This document shows positions 28,900-38,543 of a stretch of DNA of 64,000 bases, piece by piece. The notes under the pieces were generated by a model, which saw nothing but the letters and a program-made list of their open reading frames with translations, searched no databases and was not told where the DNA came from. Position 1 is the first letter of the stretch, and each line of letters begins with the position of its first letter. Made by a program: the position numbers and the translations under genes. This stretch comes from a virus, in the IMG/VR virus record IMGVR_UViG_3300027977_000009; one strand, 5' to 3'.

Positions 28900-29441
28900 C
28901 GCTCCCAGGGAAATCGAATAGCGACCGGATCTTCAATTTTGTTTATGGCTTCCCCAAAATAGTCGATTCCTTCAAAATCACTTGCTTCGTTCTCTACCAA
29001 AACAGCAAACTTCACATTATGATTCCAAACTGAATCCCAAGCTTCTTTTTGATCCGGGAAGCAGCTATTAATCCAATCTTGTTTAATCCAATCAAAGGTC
29101 ATGCCGCTATCATTGATGTCATCCACGATCAGGATATTTTTACGCTTTTTGGTATCCCAACGACTTTTTATGACAGGGCGATCATCCGACGAAACATACC
29201 CAAATGCATCTTCAGACATCCAGGCATTTAGTTCAGTATCAGGGGGATCGCTGCGCAAACTGACTTTTAGTGTATGCATTGGAATATTCAAATAATGGCT
29301 AATCATTAGAGCAGGAACTAATCCTCCTCTGGTAATGCCTACAACATAATCAGGTCGAAACTGGTCTACAGTAATCTGTCTTATGATGTTATGAACCATA
29401 CCGTCAATCTGTTTGTCAGTGTAATATACTTTCTTAGTCAT
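28887..29441 (-). CDS. Type I purine phosphoribosyltransferase (Gpt-like)
   Basis: VGITRGGLVPA, ILIVDDINDSGMT PRPP motif, FPWE. Confidence 0.88.
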   Translation of the reverse strand: MTKKVYYTDKQIDGMVHNIIRQITVDQFRPDYVVGITRGGLVPALMISHYLNIPMHTLKVSLRSDPPDTELNAWMSEDAFGYVSSDDRPVIKSRWDTKKRKNILIVDDINDSGMTFDWIKQDWINSCFPDQKEAWDSVWNHNVKFAVLVENEASDFEGIDYFGEAINKIEDPVAIRFPWERWWK

Positions 29442-29470
29442 TATATACTTTCTTAGTCATTATATACTTT
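29424..29470. repeat. 19-bp tandem duplication over the PRTase start codon
   Basis: ATATACTTTCTTAGTCATT x2 plus partial ATATACTTT. Confidence 0.9.
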
Positions 29471-29523
29471 TTATATCAATAAATTATTATATACTATTTA
29501 GGTTAGGTTGTCAAGAAAAAAGA

Positions 29524-29602
29524 TAAATAAGCGTGAGTCACGGAACTCCCATTCCCACTCACTCTAATAGTTGAAAAGGAACTACCAGCATGTCTATTTA
29601 TT
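29524..29602 (+). ncRNA. Conserved endonuclease-leader element, copy 2
   Basis: TAAATA; GTGAGT-CAC-GGAA-loop-TTCC-C-ACTCAC-TCTAA-TAGTT-GAAAAGG-AACTA-CCAGC-ATG. Confidence 0.75.
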
Positions 29603-30288
29603 CTGTCTTTACACCCTATACTTACTTTATTATGTGGCGAGGCACCAATACCAAATATTATGGCTGTCAGTACGGCAAAAAAGCTAACCCAGAGAACATA
29701 CTGACCGGTCGATATACTACATCGTCAGTTAGTGTCAATGAACATTGGCAAAAGTACGGGCCTCCAGATATAGTTGTTATTCATCGTACTTTTACTACAG
29801 CAGCAGAATGTAGATTATATGAGCATACTTACATAAAAAGAGTAAAGGCGGTGTATAAGGAAGATTGGCTTAATAAATCCGATAGTAAAGCAATTTTAAC
29901 AGACAACTACTCGGATTCTTCATGGAAGAATAGTCACAAAAGTAGGCGGAGGCACATGGAAGAGGATCCGGAATTTCGGAAATTTATGGTAGATAGATTC
30001 GTTAACCTGATGCAATCGGATGCAGCAAATTTAAAACGAAAAGAAACGTTCGTCCGAACAAAGCATTCGCAAGGAGAGAACAATCCTAGATTTGGTGCTA
30101 TACTGACCCCTGAAATTTTAACAAAAATCTCAGAGGCCAGAAAGAAACAATATTCTTTAAATAAATCATTGGCAAATAAGCTAAACCAAAAGAATCGTTC
30201 GTGTGAATATTGCGGCAAGTCAGGACTTAATGCTGGAAATTATAAAAGATGGCATGGAAATAAATGCAAAATAGCGGGAAATAAATAA
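29590..30288 (+). CDS. Free-standing Seg-like (GIY-YIG) homing endonuclease
   Basis: PYTYFI...KYYG, YE...WLNK, GENNPRFG, CEYCG...YKRWHGNKCK. Confidence 0.8.
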   Translation: MSIYSVFTPYTYFIMWRGTNTKYYGCQYGKKANPENILTGRYTTSSVSVNEHWQKYGPPDIVVIHRTFTTAAECRLYEHTYIKRVKAVYKEDWLNKSDSKAILTDNYSDSSWKNSHKSRRRHMEEDPEFRKFMVDRFVNLMQSDAANLKRKETFVRTKHSQGENNPRFGAILTPEILTKISEARKKQYSLNKSLANKLNQKNRSCEYCGKSGLNAGNYKRWHGNKCKIAGNK

Positions 30289-30307
30289 TTATTCCCCACT
30301 GATTCTA

Positions 30308-30787
30308 TTATAGAAACTCGCCGTCTTCTCTATGGCCTTGCCTGTATGCCATGTTTGATGGGGTTTCTCTCACTTCTACTTTCGCACACCAAACTCTTGC
30401 AGCCTCTGCCTCGCCGCAGGATGGAAGGAAAATAGTATTCACATATTCATACAGGTAATCTGCAAGTCCCTCGCATCCGGTCTTTTCAACCTCAATTATC
30501 TTTGCCAATCCTAATTCTCCTAGTTGCTTAATGGTATCATAGTATGGATCATCTTGGGCTAAAAGTAATACGTGGTCAAAATTATCTTCTAGGAAATCCT
30601 TAAGTGGCCGGAGCCCACCGTAATCAAAACACCAATTTCGGGCGTCAAGGTCATCGCATTCAAATTCAAATTTGAAAGACAATGCATAGCCGTGTATTAA
30701 ACGACAGTGACTATCCGCTCGCCATTGCCGATACGCCAGAGGCGCAAGGTGTGAATATTCTTTAGTTGATACATATTTTTTTGTCAT
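30308..30787 (-). CDS. queD: 6-carboxy-5,6,7,8-tetrahydropterin synthase
   Basis: HCRLIHGY, DYGGL, FDH, GCEGLA, VEVRET. Confidence 0.9.
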   Translation of the reverse strand: MTKKYVSTKEYSHLAPLAYRQWRADSHCRLIHGYALSFKFEFECDDLDARNWCFDYGGLRPLKDFLEDNFDHVLLLAQDDPYYDTIKQLGELGLAKIIEVEKTGCEGLADYLYEYVNTIFLPSCGEAEAARVWCAKVEVRETPSNMAYRQGHREDGEFL

Positions 30788-30851
30788 CTTTTTTCTCCTT
30801 TAGATGACACGCAGAATGTTTATAGTGGGAATGAGTGTCAAAGACCACTGT
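30782..30851 (-). promoter_or_regulatory. Pseudoknot riboswitch candidate, copy A (queD leader)
   Basis: P1 AGUGG/CCACU, P2 UGACAC/GUGUCA; alternative 8-bp hairpin UGUCAUCU/AGAUGACA over the start codon. Confidence 0.65.
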
Positions 30852-30993
30852 TAATAAGCATACCGACGATTGATGTAGTCAAGGATATCCTCAACTTCAC
30901 AAAAGCCTTCTGCATTATAAATCTGATTTAGATCAAGACCATGATCCTGATATCCTTCTCCGAGCATATTTGATAATAGTTGCCTGGTTGATT

Positions 30994-31071
30994 TGCCATA
31001 TTTTAATCTCCTATATTAGCATAACATAGGCGGCAGAATTTGTCAAGCGGGAATGACGCCAAGACCGCTGT
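30994..31071 (-). promoter_or_regulatory. Pseudoknot riboswitch candidate, copy B
   Basis: P1 AGCGG/CCGCU, P2 GGCG/CGCC, same UCUU, UCAUUC, UUCUGC linkers; alternative hairpin CCUAUGUUA/UAAUAUAGG over the SD. Confidence 0.65.
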
Positions 31072-31308
31072 TTATTTGATACGCTGAATAACTATGAATC
31101 CATGTCTGATCATAGTTGCATCGCATCCAATCCTATTTATCGTATTCTCAACCAGCTTAATCATTTTAATGCTGTTACCGCAGATGATAGTTAGTGGGAA
31201 CTCATTCTGGTTCATTAGAACGAAGTTCTCCACTAACAGATCAACATCCTGGTGTCTAACACCGTGAAGGTCTAGCTGGGCCATTGATATGATAAATTCC
31301 GTTAGCAC
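31072..31308 (-). CDS. Small Smr-domain-like protein
   Basis: LDLHG...IICGNS. Confidence 0.55.
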   Translation of the reverse strand: MLTEFIISMAQLDLHGVRHQDVDLLVENFVLMNQNEFPLTIICGNSIKMIKLVENTINRIGCDATMIRHGFIVIQRIK

Positions 31309-31982
31309 TTACTCATGCGAGCGATACTAAGAAACTCTGCACGAGCAGCAGGGTCAGACTTGAATCCGCCGCCCAGCTTACACGTTACTGTGCTTGACCC
31401 TGTATCTTCTACACCGCGCGACTTAACACAATAGTGCTGGGCATCAATCATGACTGCAACATCTTCGGTTTCAAGAATGTAGCAAAGAGTGTGAAATACC
31501 TGTTCAGTCAAACGCTCCTGAATCTGTGGCCGCTTGCTGAAATATTCAACAATACGATTGATCTTGGATAGACCAAGAACCTTTTCGTTGGGTACATACG
31601 CAACAGTAGCAAGACCGTCAATTTGGACAAAATGATGTTCACAGTTACTCATAACAATAATGTTACGCTCTACTACCATTTCATCGTAGTTCATCTTGTT
31701 GTCAACTGTAGTACACTTGGGAAATGCTTCGTAGTCGAGGCCCCAAAAGATTTCACCTACATACATTTTGGCAACACGCTTGGGAGTTTCAATAAGACTA
31801 TCATCACTTAGGTCAAGCCCTAAGGTTTCCATGATATCCTTAAACTTGCGTTCAATGATCTCAATTTTGTCGGTTCTGCTGAGATTGTTTTCGATAGTGG
31901 GAGTTTCAACCCCCATCTTTACAAGATGTTCATGGACGAGACGACCCAATTCGGGGTCACATTTATTTTTATTAAAAGACAT
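31302..31982 (-). CDS. folE: GTP cyclohydrolase I
   Basis: ETPKRVAKMY, CEHH, GLSKINR, PQIQERLT, HYCVKSRG. Confidence 0.95.
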   Translation of the reverse strand: MSFNKNKCDPELGRLVHEHLVKMGVETPTIENNLSRTDKIEIIERKFKDIMETLGLDLSDDSLIETPKRVAKMYVGEIFWGLDYEAFPKCTTVDNKMNYDEMVVERNIIVMSNCEHHFVQIDGLATVAYVPNEKVLGLSKINRIVEYFSKRPQIQERLTEQVFHTLCYILETEDVAVMIDAQHYCVKSRGVEDTGSSTVTCKLGGGFKSDPAARAEFLSIARMSKC

Positions 31983-32065
31983 ATTTTTTTCCTTTCAAAG
32001 TATCTAACGTTAATACCCAACGGAGAGTTCACTCTCACTTTGTAGCCTTTGTGCTACATTATTAT

Positions 32066-33130
32066 TTATCGCTTGACGTATGTATCATTAAATTGTTTAT
32101 TTACCCGAACAAAGGTTGTGCATTTACTTAAGTGTTTAAGTTCGGAAGCCCCGGTATACGTACACGCACTTCTTAAACCGCCTAGAATATCCTTAACAGT
32201 ATCTTCTACCGGACCCTTATAAGGAATCTCTACCGTTCGTCCTTCACTACTACGATAGTCAGCAACACTGCCGTGATGCTTACGCATAGCCGAATCGGAA
32301 CTCATACCATAGAACTGTACTCGATATTCGCAATCGCGAATGGGTTTACCTAGTTCACTAGAATATTCAGTTTTTACCCAGCGTTTGAATATTTTTCCGC
32401 CGCCCTCGTCGTGGCCAGCAAGCATACCACCTAGCATCACGAAATCTGCACCGGCGCCGAATGCCTTAGCAACATCTCCTGGACAGGTGCAGCCTCCGTC
32501 GGCAATGATATGGCCACCAAGACCGTGAGCAGCATCACTGCACTCCACAATAGCACTAAGCTGAGGATAACCAACGCCAGTTTGAATACGAGTTGTGCAA
32601 ACGCTCCCTGGCCCGATGCCCACCTTAACAATATCTGCTCCACGTAAAATTAACTCCTGTGTCATGTCTGCGGTAACAACATTGCCCGCGATAATTGTGT
32701 GGCTGGGGTATTCTTTTCTAATCTTAGTAACAAAGTCACCAAAGTGTTCGCTATATCCGTTAGCAACATCAATACAGATAAAATGAATATAAGGATGCTT
32801 GTTTAATAGCATTTGTAAGCGTTCAAAGTCTCTGTCGCTTGTACCAGTGCTGATAGCATATCTATCAGAATTTAACCCAGGGGGAATTTCAATATTATCT
32901 TTGGTTAAGCAAGTAAATATGTCTTGAGTTTGCAATGCCAAAGCCATTTCGACGGTGCCTACGCCATCCATGTTAGCAGCCATAATAGGGATACCATTCC
33001 AAACATGACCGCTATGCTTAAATGTATAGGTTCGATGCAGATGTACGTCTTTACGGCTAGCTAGTGTTGACCTTTTTGGCCGAATCAACACGTCACTAAA
33101 GTCTAGTAGAATTTCGTTTTCAATATGCAT
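32066..33130 (-). CDS. guaC: GMP reductase
   Basis: [52 protein letters not shown]. Confidence 0.93.
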   Translation of the reverse strand: MHIENEILLDFSDVLIRPKRSTLASRKDVHLHRTYTFKHSGHVWNGIPIMAANMDGVGTVEMALALQTQDIFTCLTKDNIEIPPGLNSDRYAISTGTSDRDFERLQMLLNKHPYIHFICIDVANGYSEHFGDFVTKIRKEYPSHTIIAGNVVTADMTQELILRGADIVKVGIGPGSVCTTRIQTGVGYPQLSAIVECSDAAHGLGGHIIADGGCTCPGDVAKAFGAGADFVMLGGMLAGHDEGGGKIFKRWVKTEYSSELGKPIRDCEYRVQFYGMSSDSAMRKHHGSVADYRSSEGRTVEIPYKGPVEDTVKDILGGLRSACTYTGASELKHLSKCTTFVRVNKQFNDTYVKR

Positions 33131-34317
33131 TAGTACTTTGCTTCCTTAGAATACTTACGATAGTCAGTTGACATGCGTAACCACCCTTCACCTTTACCTT
33201 CGATGATATCAACGATGCGATCAACAGTACCATTAGTCCAATCACTGATCTTGCCCATGTTGACATGAGGTTTCCTGAGAAGAGGATCCAACTTATTAAC
33301 TGCATCTTCTAACGACCATGGCGTATAGAGACGTTCATGATCATTTGCGAATGTTTCAGGGAACGAGCGATACGCTGGATAAAGTACGTTACAACCTAAT
33401 GCATCTGCTTCGCTTACCGTGTTTGAGACCCAATCTTGCAATGCACAATTGAAGACTACACGACTATCGTTAAGAATCTCGTAATACTGATCCTTTTCGA
33501 GGTTTTCGTAGATAGTCAGCTTGCCGCTATCTTGCATCTTACGAGTACGGACCATGTAACTTTCATTGTTTGACTTCAGTGAACTACCACTACAAACAAC
33601 GAACTCAACATCTTTACTGGGATATCTTTCACTCCATGCTTCAATCAAATCCATATAGAAGTCTGGCTGCTTCTCCTGATCCCAGCGGGCGCTAAATACC
33701 ACTCGCATACGACGATCAGTAAAAGCCTTAATCTTTTCTACTCGTCCAATAACTTCATACTTGCCAAAAGCAAGTCCTGAGATATTGTAGATAGGAGCAG
33801 TCCAACCTGCGACCTTCATGTTCATGACCATTTCTTCACTAGTTGCGAGAATTGCACCCTTAGAGAAAGAAACGATGTCATTAACCATATGTTCGTAGTT
33901 GCTCATCCACTTGTTCATGCCCCAGACATGAACAAAGTCATCGGGGTCGATAGTCTGTGCTAGACAACGAACAAAGATGCGTGGACGTAGTTTATCAGGA
34001 ACCTGATTCAAGATATACCCAAGACTCTCAAAGCCCGGCTGAAACATATCTTCGAAGTAGATTACGTCTTCGTTAGTAATTTCACCTTTTTGCATCATCG
34101 CTACCAGATTCATCATCTGACTCATGGCAAAATAGCTGCGACCATGTGCATCTAGTACTTGTCCAACAACGATCTTTTGCCTATTATCGAGCGTTGTTCC
34201 GGGAACATACACGACCTTGAGTTTACGGTCATGAAATACCCGACTGTTCCAATCGGTCAACTGTAGCGTGTAACGAGCGGTATAGGCCTCAAGCCCCATG
34301 TAGTAAAGTTTACGCAT
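33130..34317 (-). CDS. GT-B glycosyltransferase
   Basis: [28 protein letters not shown]. Confidence 0.7.
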   Translation of the reverse strand: MRKLYYMGLEAYTARYTLQLTDWNSRVFHDRKLKVVYVPGTTLDNRQKIVVGQVLDAHGRSYFAMSQMMNLVAMMQKGEITNEDVIYFEDMFQPGFESLGYILNQVPDKLRPRIFVRCLAQTIDPDDFVHVWGMNKWMSNYEHMVNDIVSFSKGAILATSEEMVMNMKVAGWTAPIYNISGLAFGKYEVIGRVEKIKAFTDRRMRVVFSARWDQEKQPDFYMDLIEAWSERYPSKDVEFVVCSGSSLKSNNESYMVRTRKMQDSGKLTIYENLEKDQYYEILNDSRVVFNCALQDWVSNTVSEADALGCNVLYPAYRSFPETFANDHERLYTPWSLEDAVNKLDPLLRKPHVNMGKISDWTNGTVDRIVDIIEGKGEGWLRMSTDYRKYSKEAKY

Positions 34318-35074
34318 TGTGTTTTCTCTCTATGTCTTCTTCGTTGCATTCTGTGCCATATTGAATCTCGATGATCTTTAATGGAACATCTGGTGATGCA
34401 TTTGATAGTTGGTGCCAACTATCTTTGGGAATATGAATAATATCAAACTGCTTGTGTACTGTTGTAACATCAGCTAGGCTTTTTAGCAGAGCTACTCCTT
34501 CTGCAACAAACCACAGTTCTGACCTATTTTTATGCCGCTGCATACTCAAACATTTGCCTGGATCGATCACAAGTTCTTTGAGTTTTACTTCGGGGTGCTG
34601 CTCGTGTAATACTCGATAGTATCCCCAGCTACGAGTTGTTTTGGGCACTTTCCATTCGTGTAGTAGCTGGCTTGAACTATTGACTTTGTTACTGCCGCCA
34701 ACACCAAATACAAATTCGATATTGTCATCATCTATATCCATTTCAGGAATATTTTCGATAGTACGGTCGCCTCCATTAGCAAAGATTAGTTTCGAATTTG
34801 GAAACATGTTTCTTGCTATTCGAATAGCATCTTTTCCGCTACCATCGGTATCATCGAATGTCCACACATAATCTACACCTAGTAAAGCTGCCATGATAGC
34901 CGATCTTTCTTGGTGTGACATGAATGGCCGATCCTTCTTACGTATCAGCCACTCATCACTGTTAATTCCCACAACGAGAATGTCACCTAATGCACGCGCT
35001 GCATTGATATAACTCAAGTGCCCGCTATGCAGTGGATCGAAGCCTCCCGTTACGATGACAACTACTTTATCCAC
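34310..35074 (-). CDS. Cytidylyltransferase-family nucleotidyltransferase fused to PMI-type cupin
   Basis: GGFDPLHSGH, NSDEWL, FANGGDR; RSWGYY, LSMQRH..RSELW, WHQL, IEIQYG. Confidence 0.85.
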   Translation of the reverse strand: MDKVVVIVTGGFDPLHSGHLSYINAARALGDILVVGINSDEWLIRKKDRPFMSHQERSAIMAALLGVDYVWTFDDTDGSGKDAIRIARNMFPNSKLIFANGGDRTIENIPEMDIDDDNIEFVFGVGGSNKVNSSSQLLHEWKVPKTTRSWGYYRVLHEQHPEVKLKELVIDPGKCLSMQRHKNRSELWFVAEGVALLKSLADVTTVHKQFDIIHIPKDSWHQLSNASPDVPLKIIEIQYGTECNEEDIERKHNA

Positions 35075-35309
35075 GACGACTGGTTGTCGCCTGTTCTTTA
35101 AATCGTGCTAAATCAATCTCCCATTGATTCTTCACTGGCTTACCAGCAATAAATTTCTGATATTGCCGATAAACATAGCTCTTATTACTATATAGATCAC
35201 GCTCATCGAATCCATAACCGAAATCTCGGCAGAAAGTACGATAAGTATCAAGGTCATCAAAAACCTGACGAACACGGACGGCATTAGACTTAATTGGGCT
35301 CTTAGACAT
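35067..35309 (-). CDS. Hypothetical protein
   Basis: 80-aa ORF with AGGA RBS. Confidence 0.65.
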   Translation of the reverse strand: MSKSPIKSNAVRVRQVFDDLDTYRTFCRDFGYGFDERDLYSNKSYVYRQYQKFIAGKPVKNQWEIDLARFKEQATTSRRG

Positions 35310-35320
35310 TTTATATTCCT

Positions 35321-35797
35321 TTAGATGGGGATTGATTGAGAAGGACGAGTTGCATTATAGTAGATAGTGGCACCGTTCTCACCGTCTTCTGAAACAGTAA
35401 TCTCAATGTCACGTTTTGGATAGCGAGTCGCAATCATATCATAGAGTTCATCGCTAACCATTTCACACGAACGATAGTCTAGTTGCATCAGTCCATCATT
35501 GAAACTCTTTTCGAGCCAACGCTTGAACTGAATAAACTCTATATCTCGGTCGTTATGAAATACTTGTATTCCCACTGTAAAGTGGAAAATATGTCTGTGC
35601 GGGAAACCTAGAAAACTGACATCATATTCGTCTCCCGTTGCCAGACTCGGATCAGTGTCTGCTCCCGGATACTTGTGGATACCTTCTCGCTGAAAAGTTA
35701 CCCAGATCATGCGCTTTGCATGTTCCCTGATACGAACACGCTTTTCAGCCTGTGCTTGTTCTCTAACAGAGAGTATAGTTGTTACAGTATTTTCCAT
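35321..35797 (-). CDS. dpdL: QueD-like T-fold protein, probable DpdL (CDG decarboxylase)
   Basis: LGFPHRHIF matches the LxxxHRHxF signature as I recall it; RDIEF, SCE, VSEDGENG; adjacent to dpdA. Confidence 0.7.
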   Translation of the reverse strand: MENTVTTILSVREQAQAEKRVRIREHAKRMIWVTFQREGIHKYPGADTDPSLATGDEYDVSFLGFPHRHIFHFTVGIQVFHNDRDIEFIQFKRWLEKSFNDGLMQLDYRSCEMVSDELYDMIATRYPKRDIEITVSEDGENGATIYYNATRPSQSIPI

Positions 35798-35861
35798 TAG
35801 TAATATCTCACTACCATATTTTTAATATAACACGGAGTCGTGTCGATTGCAAGTGTTTTAT

Positions 35862-37448
35862 TCAATCTAGTACTTCCAAAATCGCATCGTCGCTATCTTC
35901 AACGACTTCTTCGATCTCTGGTTCCTCTTCTATAGTGAACAATTGACTGAACATCGTTTGTGCGTTGACGGTTTTCTTACCTGAGAAACCTTGACCAGCT
36001 TTAATCTGCTGCCAAAATGTATCATAATTGTCGATCATGTCAAGACTTTTTTGACGATCCTTCAGAGAAAAAATCTCATCAACAATGTCAGCAAATTTAA
36101 GGTGTCCGAGAGGATCCATAACCATCTTAGGTTTGACCCCAGTTTCATACCTGCGATTAGCTTCTTGAACAGCACTCATATGCTGGTAAACGTTGTGAGC
36201 CTGAATCAATGTATAACTCAATGTATCCCAACTAGTCTTGGTCTCTTTGCCATGCTGACCCAAGAATCCTTGTCCGCGATAGCAAATGTCTTTCACAGTT
36301 AATAGATCAGTTACCGGACTGTCAGTAAACAACATATGAATACCATCAGCTAATACACCGTCACTGAACTTGCGAGTATCTGTTGCATACTTCTTGTTTT
36401 CAGCAGTCTTCTCCATTGCATACGCCCATTTCTTATCATGCTCAAACGTATTGTTGTTGTAAGCAAGACCCTTAGCAGCCGCAAAGAACGGACTAGCACA
36501 GTCAAAGGTGATCTGTAGTTTAGGATTGTGATACTTACGTATTGCTTTCTGGATATCAGTAAACAATACCGCATATTCCATAATCGAAGTTCCAAGACAG
36601 TGAACTAAGTCCTGCTTACCTTCTTCAAGATAACCATCATGAATGATGCCAACAAGACGCTTGAGCATCAGGTGGATATCGATCTTGTTTTGGCCGCCGA
36701 ATGCCCAACCATTGAATGCACGATCTCCGTACACTGTTGTATCGCAGTACTTCTTCATCTCTTCATACCAAACGTCTGACTGAGTATGATTGCGACCCTG
36801 TAGAACGTTTAGAAACTTGCAACGACCGTCACGATTAGCAACAAAATACTCATTGTTGATATGGGTAGCGGTGATAGCATCTTGAATAGTTGCAATGCCA
36901 TGCATAGATATACCCGTACCCGGTATAGGCTTTTTAGTTACCGGGTCTTTTTTCTGAGTTTTTGGATCTTCAATGTGATAAGTCGTAAGAGACTGTGATG
37001 GAATATCAAGACACATGCCATAGTCAGCATTGTCGTCCATCCACTTAAGAACTTCTGTGCGCTTCTTCATCGCACGGGGACAGCTAGGGTTCTTCCAGTC
37101 AGCGGGCCACTGACACTTTAATATTTGAAACCCTCCCGAGTCTGCTAACATAAATGTGTTATTACGGTCTCTATTAACAACTAGATGTTCGTTGGGATTA
37201 GTTTTATAATTTACTAAATCAGCATGTCCTGCGCTGTATAGTACCCATTTATAACTAAAAATGCCATTTTTTTCGTCAAGAAAGTTTAGTCTATTAGTGT
37301 TTTTTAATCCACTCGGGACTCTTTCTGTTGGAAAATAGTTACCTTCTACTTCTTGTTTACCCAATCCGGATATAAAGAAACTACTCAGTGCAGGTAAGAA
37401 TAGGGCCCATTCTGGATCATGTGACGCCGAGAGATTAATTTGTTCCAA
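35862..37448 (-). CDS. dpdA: TGT-family DNA-guanine transglycosylase (DpdA-like)
   Basis: DSGGFQ, LDIP, NVLQG, WAFGG, HCLG, TFDCASP in deazaguanine gene context. Confidence 0.8.
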   Translation of the reverse strand: MEQINLSASHDPEWALFLPALSSFFISGLGKQEVEGNYFPTERVPSGLKNTNRLNFLDEKNGIFSYKWVLYSAGHADLVNYKTNPNEHLVVNRDRNNTFMLADSGGFQILKCQWPADWKNPSCPRAMKKRTEVLKWMDDNADYGMCLDIPSQSLTTYHIEDPKTQKKDPVTKKPIPGTGISMHGIATIQDAITATHINNEYFVANRDGRCKFLNVLQGRNHTQSDVWYEEMKKYCDTTVYGDRAFNGWAFGGQNKIDIHLMLKRLVGIIHDGYLEEGKQDLVHCLGTSIMEYAVLFTDIQKAIRKYHNPKLQITFDCASPFFAAAKGLAYNNNTFEHDKKWAYAMEKTAENKKYATDTRKFSDGVLADGIHMLFTDSPVTDLLTVKDICYRGQGFLGQHGKETKTSWDTLSYTLIQAHNVYQHMSAVQEANRRYETGVKPKMVMDPLGHLKFADIVDEIFSLKDRQKSLDMIDNYDTFWQQIKAGQGFSGKKTVNAQTMFSQLFTIEEEPEIEEVVEDSDDAILEVLD

Positions 37449-37812
37449 ATTTCGGCTCTTCTCTAACTAAGATTTGTACCATCTTGATCTTGTCATCAAG
37501 ATTTTTTTTCTGTTCGATTAAGCCAGCGATAGTAGGATTGTGTTTTGCTAATCTATCAAGTTCAGTTTCTTCATGCATCTTTTTCTTAGCCCAATCAAGG
37601 ATATTCGCCGCTTCAGGAGTTAGACTCACACTAGTATGCCCTTGCACAATCGATATCCAAGATATACCATCGTATACTTCAAACCATTGAAAGTTAGTAT
37701 TCCATCGCACATTCCCCGCGCCCAAAGCACTCGACGAGTGAGTGAAGTAAGTTCCTCCCGGAGACCCCCCCTCGACCGTTATATATCTATTACCAACGAC
37801 GGTCTTGATCAT
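37435..37812 (-). CDS. Hypothetical protein
   Basis: 125-aa ORF coupled to the clamp gene. Confidence 0.6.
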   Translation of the reverse strand: MIKTVVGNRYITVEGGSPGGTYFTHSSSALGAGNVRWNTNFQWFEVYDGISWISIVQGHTSVSLTPEAANILDWAKKKMHEETELDRLAKHNPTIAGLIEQKKNLDDKIKMVQILVREEPKFGTN

Positions 37813-38543
37813 TACTTAGCCTGTGCGGGAAGATAATAGTGATACTTAGAGATTGGGTTATCAACCACAATCTGAGCAACACCCTGATCAGAAAAACTGA
37901 CGGTCTTGTCACCGGGAAGATCCATAATGGCAAGAAACACCTTCACGGGCCAATTCCAAGGCCGTGCAAGACTTCCAGAGACACCCGACTGAAATACAAA
38001 ATTGCCAGAGTGTGAAGACGGATCACCAAAGTACACAACTAAATTGTTGTTTTCTGTCTTAGTTTTGAAATGAAGGTCTTCACTGTGAACTGACGACTGC
38101 TTCTTAAGACGCTGGACACCAGCTATACTAGGATCGAACGAAACGTCCCAGCCTGCGCCATTGAATGTTACTTTCTTGATCTTGTCTTCGACCAATGTCT
38201 TTGACATCAGCCGATAGTCATTAACGAAATCACCCGTTTTCGTTTCGAAGTGAATACTTGCAGGAGCTTGTGGATCTTCCTTAGTTCCTCGCCCCACGTT
38301 GATAGTAGAAGTGTCGTCGTAGTCATCGAACGACAAGATAGTCCTCAACTTCGACAAATTAGGCATGCCGAAGGTACCAATAAATTCTGCGATCGGGGCC
38401 TTAAACGTGCCGTTAACAATAACAGTCTTGTCGTCTGATACCGCAGAAACTAATGTTTCTGTATCAGTACCGACAATCTTTACGAGATCAACAACACCCA
38501 GACCATGAGTGTGTTGGATCAAATCAAGCAGATAATCCTTCAT
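37812..38543 (-). CDS. DNA polymerase sliding clamp (gp45-like)
   Basis: 243 aa from MKDYLLD with AGGA RBS; FGMPNLSKL; C-terminal YHYYLPA; next to PolB. Confidence 0.7.
   Translation of the reverse strand: MKDYLLDLIQHTHGLGVVDLVKIVGTDTETLVSAVSDDKTVIVNGTFKAPIAEFIGTFGMPNLSKLRTILSFDDYDDTSTINVGRGTKEDPQAPASIHFETKTGDFVNDYRLMSKTLVEDKIKKVTFNGAGWDVSFDPSIAGVQRLKKQSSVHSEDLHFKTKTENNNLVVYFGDPSSHSGNFVFQSGVSGSLARPWNWPVKVFLAIMDLPGDKTVSFSDQGVAQIVVDNPISKYHYYLPAQAK

Noticed and set aside
30788-30851. Canonical preQ1-I riboswitch
   Set aside because: Longer loop with a separate P2 that does not use the SD, conserved UUCUGC and ON-type logic; kept as a new candidate instead
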